Assembly (NCBI RefSeq): GCF_018350175.1
Contig: NC_058369.1
Span: 15,998,001 to 16,062,000 of the forward strand
Reading direction: 5' to 3'
Length of the DNA stretch: 64,000 nucleotides
Source of the DNA: Felis catus
Lineage: Eukaryota
Part shown: one piece after another, positions 46,876 to 59,663 of the stretch
How positions within the stretch are numbered: the stretch's first letter is position 1
Layout of the letters: the number at the start of each line of letters is the position of its first letter
Position numbers and translations under genes: made by a program
The notes under the pieces: generated by a model
The model's input: the letters and a program-made list of their open reading frames with translations, nothing else
What the model was told of the DNA's origin: nothing
The model's database searches: none

Positions 46876-48142
46876 AATGCATCTAAAATGGTCTGGTTCC
46901 TGGTTTCAACTTCCTCTTCCACAGAAGCTCAGCCCCAGCTGCCGATAAGAAAATGTGTCCCCCTTGCCCCATCTCTGAGGTTGGGACTAAAGAAGACGTT
47001 AGGAGGAGAAGGGAGGCAAGGAGAGGCCATGGCCACCCTACCTGGCTAACTCCCACCCAAGCTTTCTGCTTAGATGGCCCCTCCAGCCGGACACCTTCCC
47101 CGGTCCCTCTGGACCGGGCCAGGCACCCTTGCTGACGGCTCCCCAGCTCCCGTGTGCTTCCCCTGGGACAGCACGAGACTCCCCGGATTATCACTTGTGC
47201 ACCTGACCGGCTCCCGTTAGGACATCGATGTCGGGAAGGCAGAGGACAAAGAGTCCTGCCCAGGGACTACGCAGAGGCCGCCATCCCCACCGCTAAGATT
47301 AAGGAGTCAAGGATCGGGGAGGGGCTCTCTGTAACAAGAGCTGCATTAGGTCAAGGTCAAGGGACACACCAGCAGGAGCCTGCTGTTAAGGAGACGAGCC
47401 TCCAGGACCCAAAGCGGGTCGGAAGGCGGTGAAGAGTCCATACAGAAGGGCAAAGGGGAGCGATTTCCCAGACAGCAGACGTGAAATGTCTGTGAAATGA
47501 ACAAATAATACTTCTCAACAAATAACTCACTGCGCCTTCACTCCATGGGTATTTAGTATTTTGATCACTGTCTGATGTAAACAAAAGGCACACGCATTGA
47601 AAAAAGGCCACGGCGCGTTCACTCTGACACGGGAGCAGACAGCAAGGCCTCAGGCCACGAGTAACGGGGACCCGGTGCCGAGAGGTCCCCACAGAAAGCT
47701 AGCAGCCGGGGAGGAGGGGGCTGGAGGAAATGCGCCCACAGGCGAGACAATAAGGAGGCTCATCTGGTTTTGCCTGCACCCGAAATGGTAGAGGGACCAT
47801 CTCTGAGACCCCAAAACCTGTGTCTCATGCAAACATGAAGTTCAATTTTGTAATACCCTCAAAATGGGAGACCCCCAAACTAAGATTCAGCACGGGCCAC
47901 AGATGCCCCCTCGTGCTCCCAGAAGAAACAAAGGCAACAGTGCTCCAGAGGGGACTGTACCCACTGCAGGGCCACAGACCGTTGCTGCGGGGCCAGGAAA
48001 CCCCCAATAAATAGGAACTCACACGGGCACTACAAAACACGCGAGAAGATGAGTCACCACGAGTGGGCAGGCCTAACGGCCCCTCGGATTAGAACCCCGA
48101 AAGTCTTCAATAAGTCACTCGTAGATTAAAGGTATTTTTATA

Positions 48143-48318
48143 GGGGCGCCTGGGTGGCTCCGTTGGTTGAACGTCCAGCTTTGGCTCAGGTCACGATCCC
48201 ACGGTTCATGAGTTCGAGCCCCACATCGGGCTTCGAGCTGACAGTGCAGAGCCTGCTTGGGATTCTCTCTCTCTTGCTCTCTCTCTCCCCCTCCCCTACT
48301 TGTGCTTTCTGTCTCTTA

Positions 48319-48361
<43 letters not shown>

Positions 48362-48830
48362 ACTTTTAAAAAAGTATTTTTAGGGGCACCTGGGTGGCTC
48401 AGTCGGTTGAGCGTCTGACTTCAGCACAGGTCACGATCTCACGGTTTATGAGTTCGAGCCCCGCACTGGGCTCTGTGCTGACAGCTCGGAGCCTGGAGCC
48501 TGCCTCGGATTCTGTGTCTCCTTCTCTCTCTCTCTCTCTCTGCCCCTCCCCTACTCATGCTCTGTCTCTCGAAAATAAATAAACATTAAAAAATGTTTTT
48601 AAGTATTTTTAAACCTTTTTTTCCCCTAAGTGTATTTATTTATTTGAGAGAGACAGAGACAGCGTGAGTGGGGAGGGGCCGAGACAGAGGGAGAAAGAAT
48701 CCCAAGCAGCCTCCACGCTGCCAACGCAGAGCTCGACGTGGGGCTCGAACCCCAGAAACCATGAGATCGTGGCCCGAGCCAAAACCAAGAGTCAAACGCT
48801 CAACCGACCGAGCTTCCCAGGAGCCTCCCC
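48143..48830. mobile_element. CanSINE cluster: + 48143-48365, + 48383-48595, - 48630-48830
   Basis: Three SINE bodies. Confidence 0.87.
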
Positions 48831-49778
48831 CCAAAAACATTTTTATAAGGAATCCAGATCCTAAAAACAAAAACAAACCGGAATATCATTGCCAGGAGCC
48901 ACTCGGTGTGTACAAGGGTGTATGTGACTCTTGTGCAATGTGTCCTCTGGGCCCTCGCTCAACACACTGCCCCAGAATGTGAGAAGCCCAAGAAACGCTT
49001 CTGGAACAGGAGGGCTTTTACTCAGTAGGTGTTTTTCCTAGGGATACACACTCCCCTTCTACCCACTTGTCTCCCAACGGGAGAGTGTTAGGATTAGGAT
49101 AACTCTCAGGATTCACTGATCTTCCCTCTTTCTTCAATGCTGTGCCTGTATTAGGATTAGGTTTAGGCATAACTGTAATGCCCACCGTTCAAAGTTTTGA
49201 AACAAGGTTGTACCCTATTTCGTGTTCGGTTGCTACTGACAGATTTTGAGAATTTTTGCTGGTGAAGCTGTCGTGTGGTCATTTTATAAGGTACCGATGC
49301 GGGGAGAGGCCGTGACCCTGCTTCCCTCTGCCACCTTTACTGGAAAGGCCTGTGAGGATGTCTTTTTAGATTGCATGAGGGTTTCAGAAACTCCAAGCGT
49401 GGCTTCAGCTGGGGCAGCCCAGGAGGTAATGGTGCCTACGTGTTGTCCACCGTATTGCGAGTACGGGGAGAGTGGACACCTCCCACACCCCGGCACGCGA
49501 TGCGTCAGCTGTCCCAGCTTCACAGAGCAGTGGGTGGCATTTCTCCACGGGAGGCTGTTGGTGACCCTGGGGAGGCCGATCTCAGGGGAATGGTGGAGAC
49601 AGACGCCAGGCTGGAGGGGACTGAGTGGGGAGTGAACGATGATAATGTAGGAAGAGTGGGTTTGGACGATGAATGAAGGCTCCCCAAGAAGAGGGATGGT
49701 ATGTCGTTAGAGCGGACTGTGGGGTTAAGGATGGGTTTATTTTTTTTCTGGTTTTTTTTTTTTTATTTTAAATTTTTG

Positions 49779-50030
49779 GGGTTTTTTTATTTTTTTTATT
49801 TTATTTATTTTTTTTTAATTTTTTTTTCAATGTTTATTTATTTTTGGGACAGAGAGAGACAGAGCATGAACGGGGGAGGGGCAGAGAGAGAGGGAGACAC
49901 AGCATCAGAAACAGGCTCCAGGCTCCAAGCCATCAGCCTAGAGCCTGACGCGGGGCTCGAACTCCCGGACCGCGAGATCGTGACCTGGCTGAAGTCGGAC
50001 ACTTAACCGACTGTGCCACCCAGACGCCCC
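49779..50030 (-). mobile_element. Young CanSINE nested in the L1 tail
   Basis: TSD taaatttttg at 49769-49778 and 50031-50040. Confidence 0.88.
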
Positions 50031-50565
50031 TAAATTTTTGTTTTTTAATATAATTTATTATCAAGTTGGCTAACCTACAGTATGTACAGTGCGCTCTTGG
50101 TTTTGGGGGTAGATTCCCATGATCCATCGCTTCCATACAACACCCAGTGCTCATCCCAACAGGTGCCCTCCTCGATGCCCATCACCCAATTACCCCTCCC
50201 TCCCCGTCAACCCTCAGTTTGTTCTCTGTATTCAAGAGTCTCTTATGGTTTGCCTCCCTCCTTCTCTGATTGTAACTATTTTTTTCCCTTCCCTCCCCCC
50301 ATGGTCTTCTGTTAAGTTTCTCAAGATCCACATATGAGTGAAAACATGATACCTGTCTTTCTCTGACGGACTTAGTTCACTCAGCATAATGCCCTCCAGT
50401 AACATCCACATTGCTGCAAATGGCAGGATTTCCATCTTTCTCATTGCCAAGTAGTATTCCATTGTAGATATAAACCACATCTTCTTTATCCACTCATCAG
50501 CCGATGGACATTTAGGCTCTTTCCATAATTTGGCTATTGTTGACAGCGCTGTTGTAAACATTGGG
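50031..50565 (-). mobile_element. 5'-truncated carnivore L1; its T-tail starts at 49740 and contains a nested SINE
   Basis: ORF 50232-50561 MFTTALSTIAKLWKEPKCPS..EWIKKMW. TSD GATGGGTTTA at 49730-49739 and 50569-50578. Confidence 0.85.
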
Positions 50566-50602
50566 AAAGATGGGTTTACAGTCTTTATTTAAGGGAGACA
50601 CC

Positions 50603-50822
50603 AGGGGCGCCTGGGTGGCTCAGTCGGTTAAGTGTCTGACTTCGGCTCAGGTCGTGATCTCACGGTCCGTGAGTTTGAGCCCCGCGTCGGGCTCTGTGCT
50701 GACAGCTCAGAGCCCGGAGCCTCTTCGGGTTCTGTGTCTTTCTCTCTCTCCCTGCCCCTCCCCCGCTCATGCTCTGTCTCTCTCTGTGTCTCAAAAATAA
50801 TAAATCAACATTAAAAAAAAAC
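50603..50822 (+). mobile_element. CanSINE
   Basis: TSD tttaaggg(g)agacaccag. Confidence 0.9.
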
Positions 50823-53639
50823 TTTAAGGGAGACACCAGAGCATTTCAATATCGTGAAGAATCTAATAGATTCTGGCTGCTGGTGATCAGAGTGCAGGAG
50901 GAGAAATGAGCCTTTACTATCAGAGGAACAACTCTTCCTACGGAGGAGGGAAGAATGGAGATGCCACCATGCATTTGAAGCCAGAGCCCAGGGTGTGGAC
51001 AAAAGCAGAGATGGGCTCACCTCCTGAGCGTAAGTGTGGACGGTGGCGGTGGGCGTTCGAAGGCACAGGAAGAGGTTTCGGGTGCTTGGAACAGCTGATG
51101 GAAAATAGGAGAAGGGGACAATTTGGGACACTCAGAAGAGTGACTAGGGAGACTAGAGGAATTTCTAGAAGCTAGCTGAGATGGGAGACCACAAATTAGT
51201 GATAGGTCTTCCCTTTGTGGCTTAGGTGGTTTCAACCAGCTATCCTCAGACTCACGTACTCAGAGAAGGAGTGGAAAGGAGAAGTCGGTGGGGAGGGTCG
51301 ATCTAAGGCCGGGGCTTCAAGGGAGGGCCAGGTATTGCCCAGAGAGAGTGGCTAAGTGATAGACTTGGATCCCAGCGAGACAGGAGGGATGTGACCACCC
51401 GAGGGGCTCGCGGGCAGAGGCTGGGGGGCTCGAGGAAGGAGCACGGGCAGGAGCAGAAGTAAACGGCGGGCGGGGGTGGTGGTGGTCAAAGCAGAGGCAG
51501 CTGTAAGCAGGAAAGTGAGCGAGTGTACTGCAAGGCTTCGGTGGTGAATCAGCGTCAACGGACCTCAGGGAAGTCAAATTCGTGAGTGAATGGAAGTTAC
51601 GAGCTGGTACAGGACGAGGGTCAACACGGGTGGTTAAGTCGCCAGGGACATGGAGGAAATTGGGATGGACCGAAGTTCATTATCCATGGCTTTAATTTTT
51701 AAAAAGTGGGGGGTGGGAGGGAGCAGGCAGGCAGGCGGTGGCAGGGATGCAGTGGAGCAGAGGGTGACACAGTTACAGGACTGGGGACCGGAAGCATACC
51801 TGGGAACAAGGGTCGGCAAGTTGCACCGGGGCCAGGGATGTCACCTCCTGACCCCCCAGATAGGTGTGAGAGGGAAGGGGTAGCGCCAAGGGATGAGAAA
51901 CGTTAGGAATATTCTGGGATACGTTAAGGAGGTCAGCAGGAGTGTCTCTCACGGAATTCAGATTCCAGAGGGCACAGAGGAAGAGCGTGGGGGGGGGAAG
52001 GGAGCACGGAGAAGTGAGCTGAAGGCAAAGAGGGCACGAGGGAGATGGTGATGAGAACCAGAGAAGGCACATGACCTGAGGGGTAGAGCAGGATGGGCCA
52101 TGATGGCTATCCCTGGTCTCATGTGTTCCAGAGAGCTCGAGCCTGGCAGGCCACAGGTAGATGGTGGTGGGCAAGATGGTCAGAGAGGGAAGAAGTGTTG
52201 CAAAGCATTTTTCTTCTCCAGCAAGCCAAGGGCTCAAGCCCCTAGAGACGGATGCCTCCCTTCTGAGGTTGTGTTAGCTTGGCTCCTTCGAGATGTGGCA
52301 TAGAAGAAATGCATTAGAGGAAATGTCTCTGAGAGATCGTAGGGAGCCGGAAGCAGCTGGGAAAGCCCCAGATCACAAAGCAGATCTGAGCCCCAAGTAA
52401 GGGAGAGAAGGAGGGTCAAGGCTTGGGGGTGAGGGGAAGCACCAGCCAAAGTCACCGTCAGAGGAGCCGACCTCCCAGGACTGGGCCTGCTCCGGTGTCC
52501 CTAAAAGGGTCACTGGCCGGAGCAGCCCCCGGTAAGCACGGCCTTTGGAGGGCACGCGAGGATGTGTTTCATTCAGGGTGAGGCAGCAGGGACCCTCAGT
52601 TACACTCCCTTCAGAGTGGCGGAGGCCCGTCCCCATGGCCGCCCCACGACACAGTAGTGTCGTGTATGTTACGACAACGCTGATGTCAAAGGCAACACTT
52701 CTCAAATCGTGTTCTACAGAACCGTTGGCCCGTGAGGACCTGTTTGCGAACATCAAAGGGGGTTCCGCGATCAAACCACCTTGGGAAACACCGCAGACCC
52801 TCTCTTCCTCAGGGAGGATCGCTGTACTTATTGGCGTATTAAGAGTCCTGAGAAGTCCTGTAGTAAAGACACTTGCTTACCTTTTTTAGTTCAGTTCAGT
52901 TCCCAGAAGGAACACCCTTGGAAGGTGCCTTCCCTCCCAAGGCTGAGATTCGGAGCTGAGATCCGAGACGGTATGCCTGCAACCGACCGAATCGTGCGCT
53001 TTCCGACGTCCCTTAGTAACGAGGGAAAAATGAGATCGCGAGCATTAGTTATCGGGCCCCATCATGTGCCGCTCCTGTGCACACCTGTTGCAAAGCTTTC
53101 TCTGAGCCATCCTGTGCAAAACGTGAACTCTTGCACCCCCCCTGGCCCTTCCTACCCTCTTTCCTGCTTTTTCCCTATAGCACGTCTCTGCCACTGCCCT
53201 ACAATTTACTTACGTATTCTGCTTCTGTCTGTAGCACGTAAGCTCCGTGAAGTTCAGGATGTTCGCCTGCCTCGTTCATTGATGTTCACCTTGTTCACCC
53301 AGGATGGCGCTGGGCACACGCCAGGCACTCCATATACATATTTGCGGAAAAGACGAATTGAATAGATGAGTGATCTGTGTGTATAGGAAAACAAGAGTTC
53401 TAGTTTCTTCCTCTCTTCGACTGAAATCGGGGTTAAATGACAGTGATAAAGAACTCAAGTAAGGTTTGTGAGCCACATGCCAAAGCCACAGAATGTGGTG
53501 AGGTTTCACAAATAGCGAAGAGACCCTATTACGGTTCCAGCCAGTGGAATGGTGACGAAACTCTCCTCTTGCCTCCGCTTCAGACCTCCAAACCATTCCT
53601 TCCTACCAATTTAGAAGTTTCTGGAATCCCATGGCCTTG

Positions 53640-53910
53640 GAGGTCTAACACACAGTAGAGTGATTAGAGGCGACAAAATTGTATAATAAACCTCGAACTT
53701 GCTGGCAGAGTAGACCTGAATTGTTGCCACTCCTGGTAGAAGAAATGATGGTCGCGTGATGGGAACAGAGGTGTTGGCTAACCTTGCAACGGCAATTCTT
53801 TTGCAATATAAACGTACCAAATCAATACGCTGTACACCCTCAACTTACACAATGGTATATGTCGATTATATCTCAATTAAACAAAACAAAACAAAAAATA
53901 AAATAAAAGG
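53640..53910 (+). mobile_element. L1 3'UTR fragment
   Basis: ttgctggcagagtagacct...tacgctgtacaccctcaacttacacaat...tatatctcaattaa plus A-rich tail. Confidence 0.7.
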
Positions 53911-54121
53911 AAGAGCTCCCTGGCCTGAGTGTATGTTGGGAGTCAAGCCAAAATAAAATAATACTGAAAGTGAAGCCCGTCCTAATATCAGGAAGTGAGG
54001 GTGAGCCTGAATTTCTAGTGTTTTTCCTGGGGAAATTCAAATTTCAAGTAATTCTGTGACATACGTGAGGTCCTGCTGGCTTCTGTTTTCCTTTAAATAG
54101 AGGAAATAATCATTAATCATG

Positions 54122-54157
<36 letters not shown>

Positions 54158-55479
54158 ATCCACGGGGCTTTTTTAGGTTTCAGAGTTGACTTGACTACTC
54201 GCTGCCTCACCCCGGATGGATCAGTGAGCATCAGACAGTAAGGCACCAAGGTCCTGGGGTCGTAGGGCTGGTGTGGCTCCAAATAGCCCAGGCATGTCTG
54301 TTGGTCCCAGAGCTGTGCCCAGGGGGCAAGGCTTCTGGGGATGGGTAACTCCCACTCACTCACAGAAGCCTGGGGGATGGGGGGGCGTGAGTGGGGCAAG
54401 CCCTGCTTGGGAAGTGCTCACAGCCGGGGTTCCCAATGACACCAAACCCCTCCACGCAGAGGAACATCATCTTTGCGGCAAATTTAATGCTCGACCACAT
54501 GTTCGTCTGAGCTCTTTTATCTATGTTTTCCTTTTCTTTTAATAGCGTGCTCATTTCTATTTCTATCTCCGCAGGTCCACGCTCTGCAGTGAATGCTCAC
54601 CTCGGACACGTTTCTGGCGTTCGTCGACAGGATGTCATTTAACCAACTCTGTGAATGCTAAACCACGGTGTAGGTCTGGTCCCCAAATTAGGTCAATCAC
54701 AGGTACAGGGACTTGATCCGGAGGAAGTTCATACGGACTTGCCAGCTGGTTCACGTTCCTCCTCTCCATCCACCTTTCTTCCAAGCCACCCCCATGCAGC
54801 CCCCCCCCCGCCCGCTAATTCCTCCCACTCTCCCAAATCTGGAATCTTCCCGGCCTCCTTCCTCTCTGGCCTCAGAACTCTCACCCCACCCCTGCCTCAG
54901 TCAGGTGGTAGCACGTTCCCTCGCCGCCCCTGTAGCCCAGACTTGGCATTGCTTCCGTGGAATTTCCTGGCATCTTCTCAGAGCAGGGTCAGCACCTCAC
55001 GGCTTGCCTAACTCCGGGTTTTCCCCACTGTCAGTTTTCCTCAAATCCCACAGCGGCCCCACACCCACTGGTACTGAGCATCTCGGCAGAAACGCCCTTC
55101 CCTGCCCCAAGTGACACCCCTCCATGGCTCCCTTTGTCCCCCAAGTTCTCTCTCGGGACCCCCTCCTCCCTCAGCCACAGCTCAGTGTCTCTCAACAATG
55201 ACAAGGAGAATCCAAGCACATGCCACTCACTGTGGTTCTCCCCGAGCGTTCTAGATGCCCGGTGGTTTCTGCTGCTGTGGATGAGCCGCTGCAGGGGAGC
55301 GCCGGGCCCTGGGGTCCGGACATCGAGCTACCACAGGACCCTTTCTCCTCCGCTGCTGGCTGTTACCTGCTCAGAAGAGCCCTCCTGCCACCCCACCTAG
55401 TATCACTGGGGAGCAGTGACAACTCAGTTCCCTTATCTAGGGCAGCCAGCCGGACGCCTGTCTAAAGGCCACAGGGAAA

Positions 55480-55795
55480 TCAAAGGCGGGGTCGGGGGGG
55501 GAACCGGGAGGAGAAAACAACTTCCTGGTTTGGCTCAAAGGCTTGAGAAACACTCTAGGGGTCTGGAGGAGCTTTCGAGCTGTTTTATTTGGGTTACTCC
55601 CCGAGACCGGGCACTTGTGGTGTAGACGTAGACCTACCAAGGGCTAAAAGTGGCTTCTCGTGCCCCTCAAGGTCAGGACCGTCTGCTCAGAAGAAAGCCG
55701 GTCTCCCAGCTGCCCCCAGGCCATTCCCACAGCAGCTCCGATGGTGGGTCAAGAGGCTGTGCCCTGCCCCCCTGGAACTCGGTCAAGTGGTAAGT
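55480..55795 (+). promoter_or_regulatory. CCRL2: Probable CCRL2 promoter and first-exon region
   Basis: GC box GGCGGGG near 55485, ETS core ACTTCCTG near 55520, donor-like GTG|GTAAGT at 55790. Confidence 0.45.
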
Positions 55796-56280
55796 CATCC
55801 AGTGACGTTCCTGTTGGTGCTTGGGGATGGTTTCACTTTTGCAAACCTTTGTTTCTCTCCTTGGAGAGAAGGACTCAGTCATCAGCCCAGCCGGTCACAG
55901 GAAGCTCCTTCACAGGGTGAGCAGGCTTTTTGCACACGTAGAAATTAGGACCGGGACCGACTTCGAGGAAACTAGACCACAGTTCTCGGCTCTCTTTAGA
56001 GCTCTGTTTTCTCAGATGGTGTCTTCAGACAGGCAAGTCTGGTTCCACCAGGAGAGCTGAAGTTCTCTGAAGACGTGGAAGGCTTCCTTTTATTCCCCCG
56101 GGGTGTCAGCACCGGTTTCAGTCTCCTGAGATGTAGACCTACTGTGGGTACAAGGAAGCACCAGGAGAGGGTAAGTATGGCTGCGTGGATGCTAATCCAA
56201 TTTTTTTTTTCCCCCCTGCAGGACCACCCAGCTGTATGAAGGGAAGATAATCCTTCACTTCTCCACAGGGCAGGCTGACG

Positions 56281-57330
56281 ATGGCTAATTACACGTTGGC
56301 CCCGGAGGATAACTATGACGTCCTCATAGAGGGGGACCTGAATGACGACGAAATAGAAACGTGCCACCCATACGACCCCAAGGTTCTCTTGAGCCGGGTG
56401 GTCCCCAGGCTCTTCATCCCTGTGCTCCTGGCTGGACTGCTGGGCAACATCTTGACTGTGCTCATCCTGGTGAAACACAAAGGACTCAGGCGCACGGAAA
56501 ATGTCTATTTCCTAAACCTGGCAGTTTCGAATTTATGTTTCTTGTTCTCCTTGCCTCTCTGGACCTACACCGCGTCCCATGGGGGGGTTCTGGGCAGCCC
56601 CGTGTGTAAAACTCTCGTCATATTTTCCTCCATAGGCCTGTACAGTGAGGCTTTTTTCAACGTCCTTCTGACCGTGCAAAGGTACCTGGTGTCTTGCAAC
56701 ACGAGAAGGTTTCCCCCGACCAGGACGGTGCGCTGGAACATCGCCTCGACTGTTCTGGCGTGGGGCCTGGCCACGCTGGCCATTTTGCCTGAATCCGTGT
56801 TTTACAAACCTCAGATGGAGAGCCAGAAATACGAGTGCTTTGTTAGCAGCCCTCCCTTCCTGCCAGCTGAGGAGACTTTCTGGAAGCCTTTTCTGACCCT
56901 GAAGATGAACATCCTGGGCCTTCTTTTCCCACTGTGCGTTCTCACGTTTTGCTACACGCGTTTGCGAAAAACGCTGAGCTTCAGGGGGAGGAAGTATGAC
57001 CCTCACAAGCTCGTGTTTGCCGTGGTGGTTGTTTTCCTTCTGATGTGGGGCCCCTACAATATCGCACTTTTCCTGTCCGCGTTCAGAGAGCGTTTCTCCC
57101 TGCACGACTGTCAGAGCAACTACCACCTGGACAGAAGCGTTCAGATCGTGAGGATCGTCGCCGCCACCCACTGCTGCGTCAACCCCGTGCTCCACGCGGT
57201 CCTCGACACCACGTTCCGAAGACACCTCTGCCACCTGTGCTGTCTGCGGGGTGACAGTCCGCTTCGGGGCGCTGAAGGCTCCGCACAAGACGCATCAGTG
57301 GAAGAACATGACGATTTCACCAGAGTGTAA
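56281..57330 (+). CDS. CCRL2: C-C chemokine receptor-like 2 (atypical chemerin-binding receptor), 349 aa
   Basis: MANYTLAPED.YDVLIEG N-terminus, QRYLV in place of DRYLA, LAVSN in place of LAISD, FLPAEETFWK.FLTLKMN. Located between CCR5 and LTF. Confidence 0.96.
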   Translation: MANYTLAPEDNYDVLIEGDLNDDEIETCHPYDPKVLLSRVVPRLFIPVLLAGLLGNILTVLILVKHKGLRRTENVYFLNLAVSNLCFLFSLPLWTYTASHGGVLGSPVCKTLVIFSSIGLYSEAFFNVLLTVQRYLVSCNTRRFPPTRTVRWNIASTVLAWGLATLAILPESVFYKPQMESQKYECFVSSPPFLPAEETFWKPFLTLKMNILGLLFPLCVLTFCYTRLRKTLSFRGRKYDPHKLVFAVVVVFLLMWGPYNIALFLSAFRERFSLHDCQSNYHLDRSVQIVRIVAATHCCVNPVLHAVLDTTFRRHLCHLCCLRGDSPLRGAEGSAQDASVEEHDDFTRV

Positions 57331-57355
57331 ACAGGCGTCCGTCAACGGCGGGATA

Positions 57356-57361
57356 AATAAA
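57356..57361 (+). terminator. CCRL2: Proximal AATAAA 25 nt after the CCRL2 stop codon
   Basis: Canonical hexamer followed by GT/T-rich sequence. Confidence 0.4.
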
Positions 57362-57436
57362 CATCGGGTTTTGTATCGATGCATCGTGTGTGTATTTATT
57401 TTTACACATCTGTGTCCAAAATAGGATACGAGAAGA

Positions 57437-57665
57437 GGGGCGCCTGGGTGGCTCTAGTCGGTTAAGCGTCACATTCTTGAGCTCAGGGCATGAGCTCGTG
57501 GTTCGTGGGTTCGAGCCCCTCATCGGGCTCTGCCCTGCCAGTGCCAGACCTGCCTGGGATCCTCTCTCTCTCCTTCTCTCTCTGCCCCTCCCGTGTGCTC
57601 TCTCTCTCTCTCTCTCTCTCGCTCTCTCTCAAAATAAATAAAAAATAAACTTAAAAATATTTTTA
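57437..57665 (+). mobile_element. CanSINE about 105 nt downstream of the CCRL2 stop codon
   Basis: TSD aaaataggataYgagaaga at 57418-57436 and 57666-57684. Confidence 0.9.
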
Positions 57666-58738
57666 AAAATAGGATATGAGAAGACAAGTGGGGAGCACTG
57701 AATTTGTCTTAGGTGTCGTGCGAGGCAGGCCCTTGGCAAACGTGAGCTCCTCCGCGGCTCAGTGCTTGTCCGTGGGTGTAGACGGCGTTTGTCTCATTTC
57801 GCCAAGGAGGAAACTAAGGCTCAGAAATTGGTCTCGGCTCACACAGCTAGACAGTGGCAAGGCTGGGACCCAAATATGACGGCCACTCTGTGCAGAACCT
57901 ATGCTTTGTCCAGCACCCCAAACTTCCAAACACCGGGCAAGAAAACACGTGAAATAAATATGTGCTCTTACAACCAGACCACATTCCAAATTAGAAGCAA
58001 CCTGTTCATATAAAAGCAATTGTTCAGGCACATTTTCTCGCAGGTAATTAAAAGAACTGGCCGGCTGAAGCTATGGGTAAAGAGGTAAAAGCGACCTGGT
58101 CTGTGGAATTCACTAGGTTTTCTTGCTACATGAATAGCCTGCGCAAAGTAACTACAGGCAAGAATATTTTCAAGGAAGTTGAGAGAACACGTACTCTGCG
58201 GGAAATAATTGGAATTTACGATGTGAATTAAACCAGCAGTCTCAACAGTGAGGTTCATTGGCTGCCATGGGCTGACCTATCCTTAATTCTGTTGTTTTTT
58301 TTTTCTGAAATAAAAATTTTATATCGTGACTCACCCTACCTCACAGCAGTTTTGTGGCTTAGCAGTGGCAGATTGCGTTCAGGGCCACGACGGAAATTTT
58401 TCTGAACAAGAAGGATGGTCCGTATCTACTTTATAGAACACGGAATGGCTTTGAAAGCTAAATTTCTCTGCCGAATTCATTGTTTCTTAATAAACTGAAC
58501 CTGACGTTACGAGGCAAAATAGCACTTACGTATGAAGCATACACTGTAGTAAAGTCACTTGACAACTAATGTTTGAATCACAAGAAACATCAAGACACTT
58601 TATATACTTCCCATGTGCTATCAAAGTTAAGTCAAAGATAGAGGAGGACCTAGAAAGTGTCATGCTAAGTGAAATAAGTCAGACTCAAGACAAATGTTAT
58701 AGGACCTCACTCATAGGTAGAATCTAAAAATCAAAACA

Positions 58739-59240
58739 GGGGCACCTGGGTGGCTCAGTTGGTTGAGTGCCCAACTTTTGCTTTCGGCTCAGGTCGTGAT
58801 CTCGAGGTTTGCGAGTTCGAGCCCTGCATCGGGCTCACTGCCGTCAGCTCAGAACCTGCAGCCTGCTTTGGATCCTCTGTCCCCCTCTCTCTCCCGTGCT
58901 TGCGCTCTCCCTCTCTCAAAAATAAATATTTTTTTTAAATGTCTTAAAGGTTTTCACCTTTCCCTATGATCCTTGTAGTTGTCTGTTCACTGTACCTGAT
59001 GCAATTGATTTAAAATACCAAGTACTGGGGCGCCTGGGTGGCGCAGTCGGTTAGGCGTCCGACTTCAGCCAGGTCACAATCTCGCGGTCCGGGAGTTCGA
59101 GCCCCGCGTCAGGCTCTGGGCTGATGGCTCAGAGCCTAGAGCCTGTTTCCGATTCTGTGTCTCCCTCTCTCTCTGCCCCTTCCCCGTTCATGCTCTGTCT
59201 CTCTCTGTCCCAAAAATAAATAAACGTTGAAAAAAAAAAT
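58739..59240 (+). mobile_element. Two CanSINEs between CCRL2 and LTF (58739-58935; young copy 59027-59240)
   Basis: TSD aaataccaagtact on the second. Confidence 0.88.
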
Positions 59241-59657
59241 TTTAAATACCAAGTACTCAAAAATCTTTGTGACACCCAGTTTTTCTCACCAGTCCTACTC
59301 CCTATTCCCTAGCTCTGCCCTAGAAACACATGCACACGCAAACGCACACCCACACACGGGTACAAGTGCACACACAGACACACGCGCACACGCACACACG
59401 AGCACACGCACACACACGGCACCGATCATGTGAACGACCAGCCAGATGCCCCTGAGAAAGCCAGATGCCGGGCCTGTCCTTTGGCGCCAGACCAGCAGGC
59501 CCCGAACCCAAAACTCCAGGCGCTGAACCTGGAAAACACGCAAGGACAGGCCCAGCTGTGCTCATATTCGATCAGACACAGGATTTCAGTATAAAATTCT
59601 AGAGAAGATGGAAGGACGCCTTCTAAGGAATGAAAACCGACAGCCTTTCTCATTTCC

Positions 59658-59663
59658 TTTATT
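59658..59663 (-). terminator. LTF: LTF polyadenylation signal AATAAA
   Basis: tttatt on the plus strand, about 135 nt past the LTF stop codon. Confidence 0.75.

Noticed and set aside
31700..55500. Orthologue of the human antisense lncRNA CCR5AS
   Set aside because: The interval is syntenic, but no exons can be supported from sequence alone.
56533..57288. 251-aa antisense ORF over CCRL2
   Set aside because: Antisense shadow of a GC-rich CDS; no recognisable domain.
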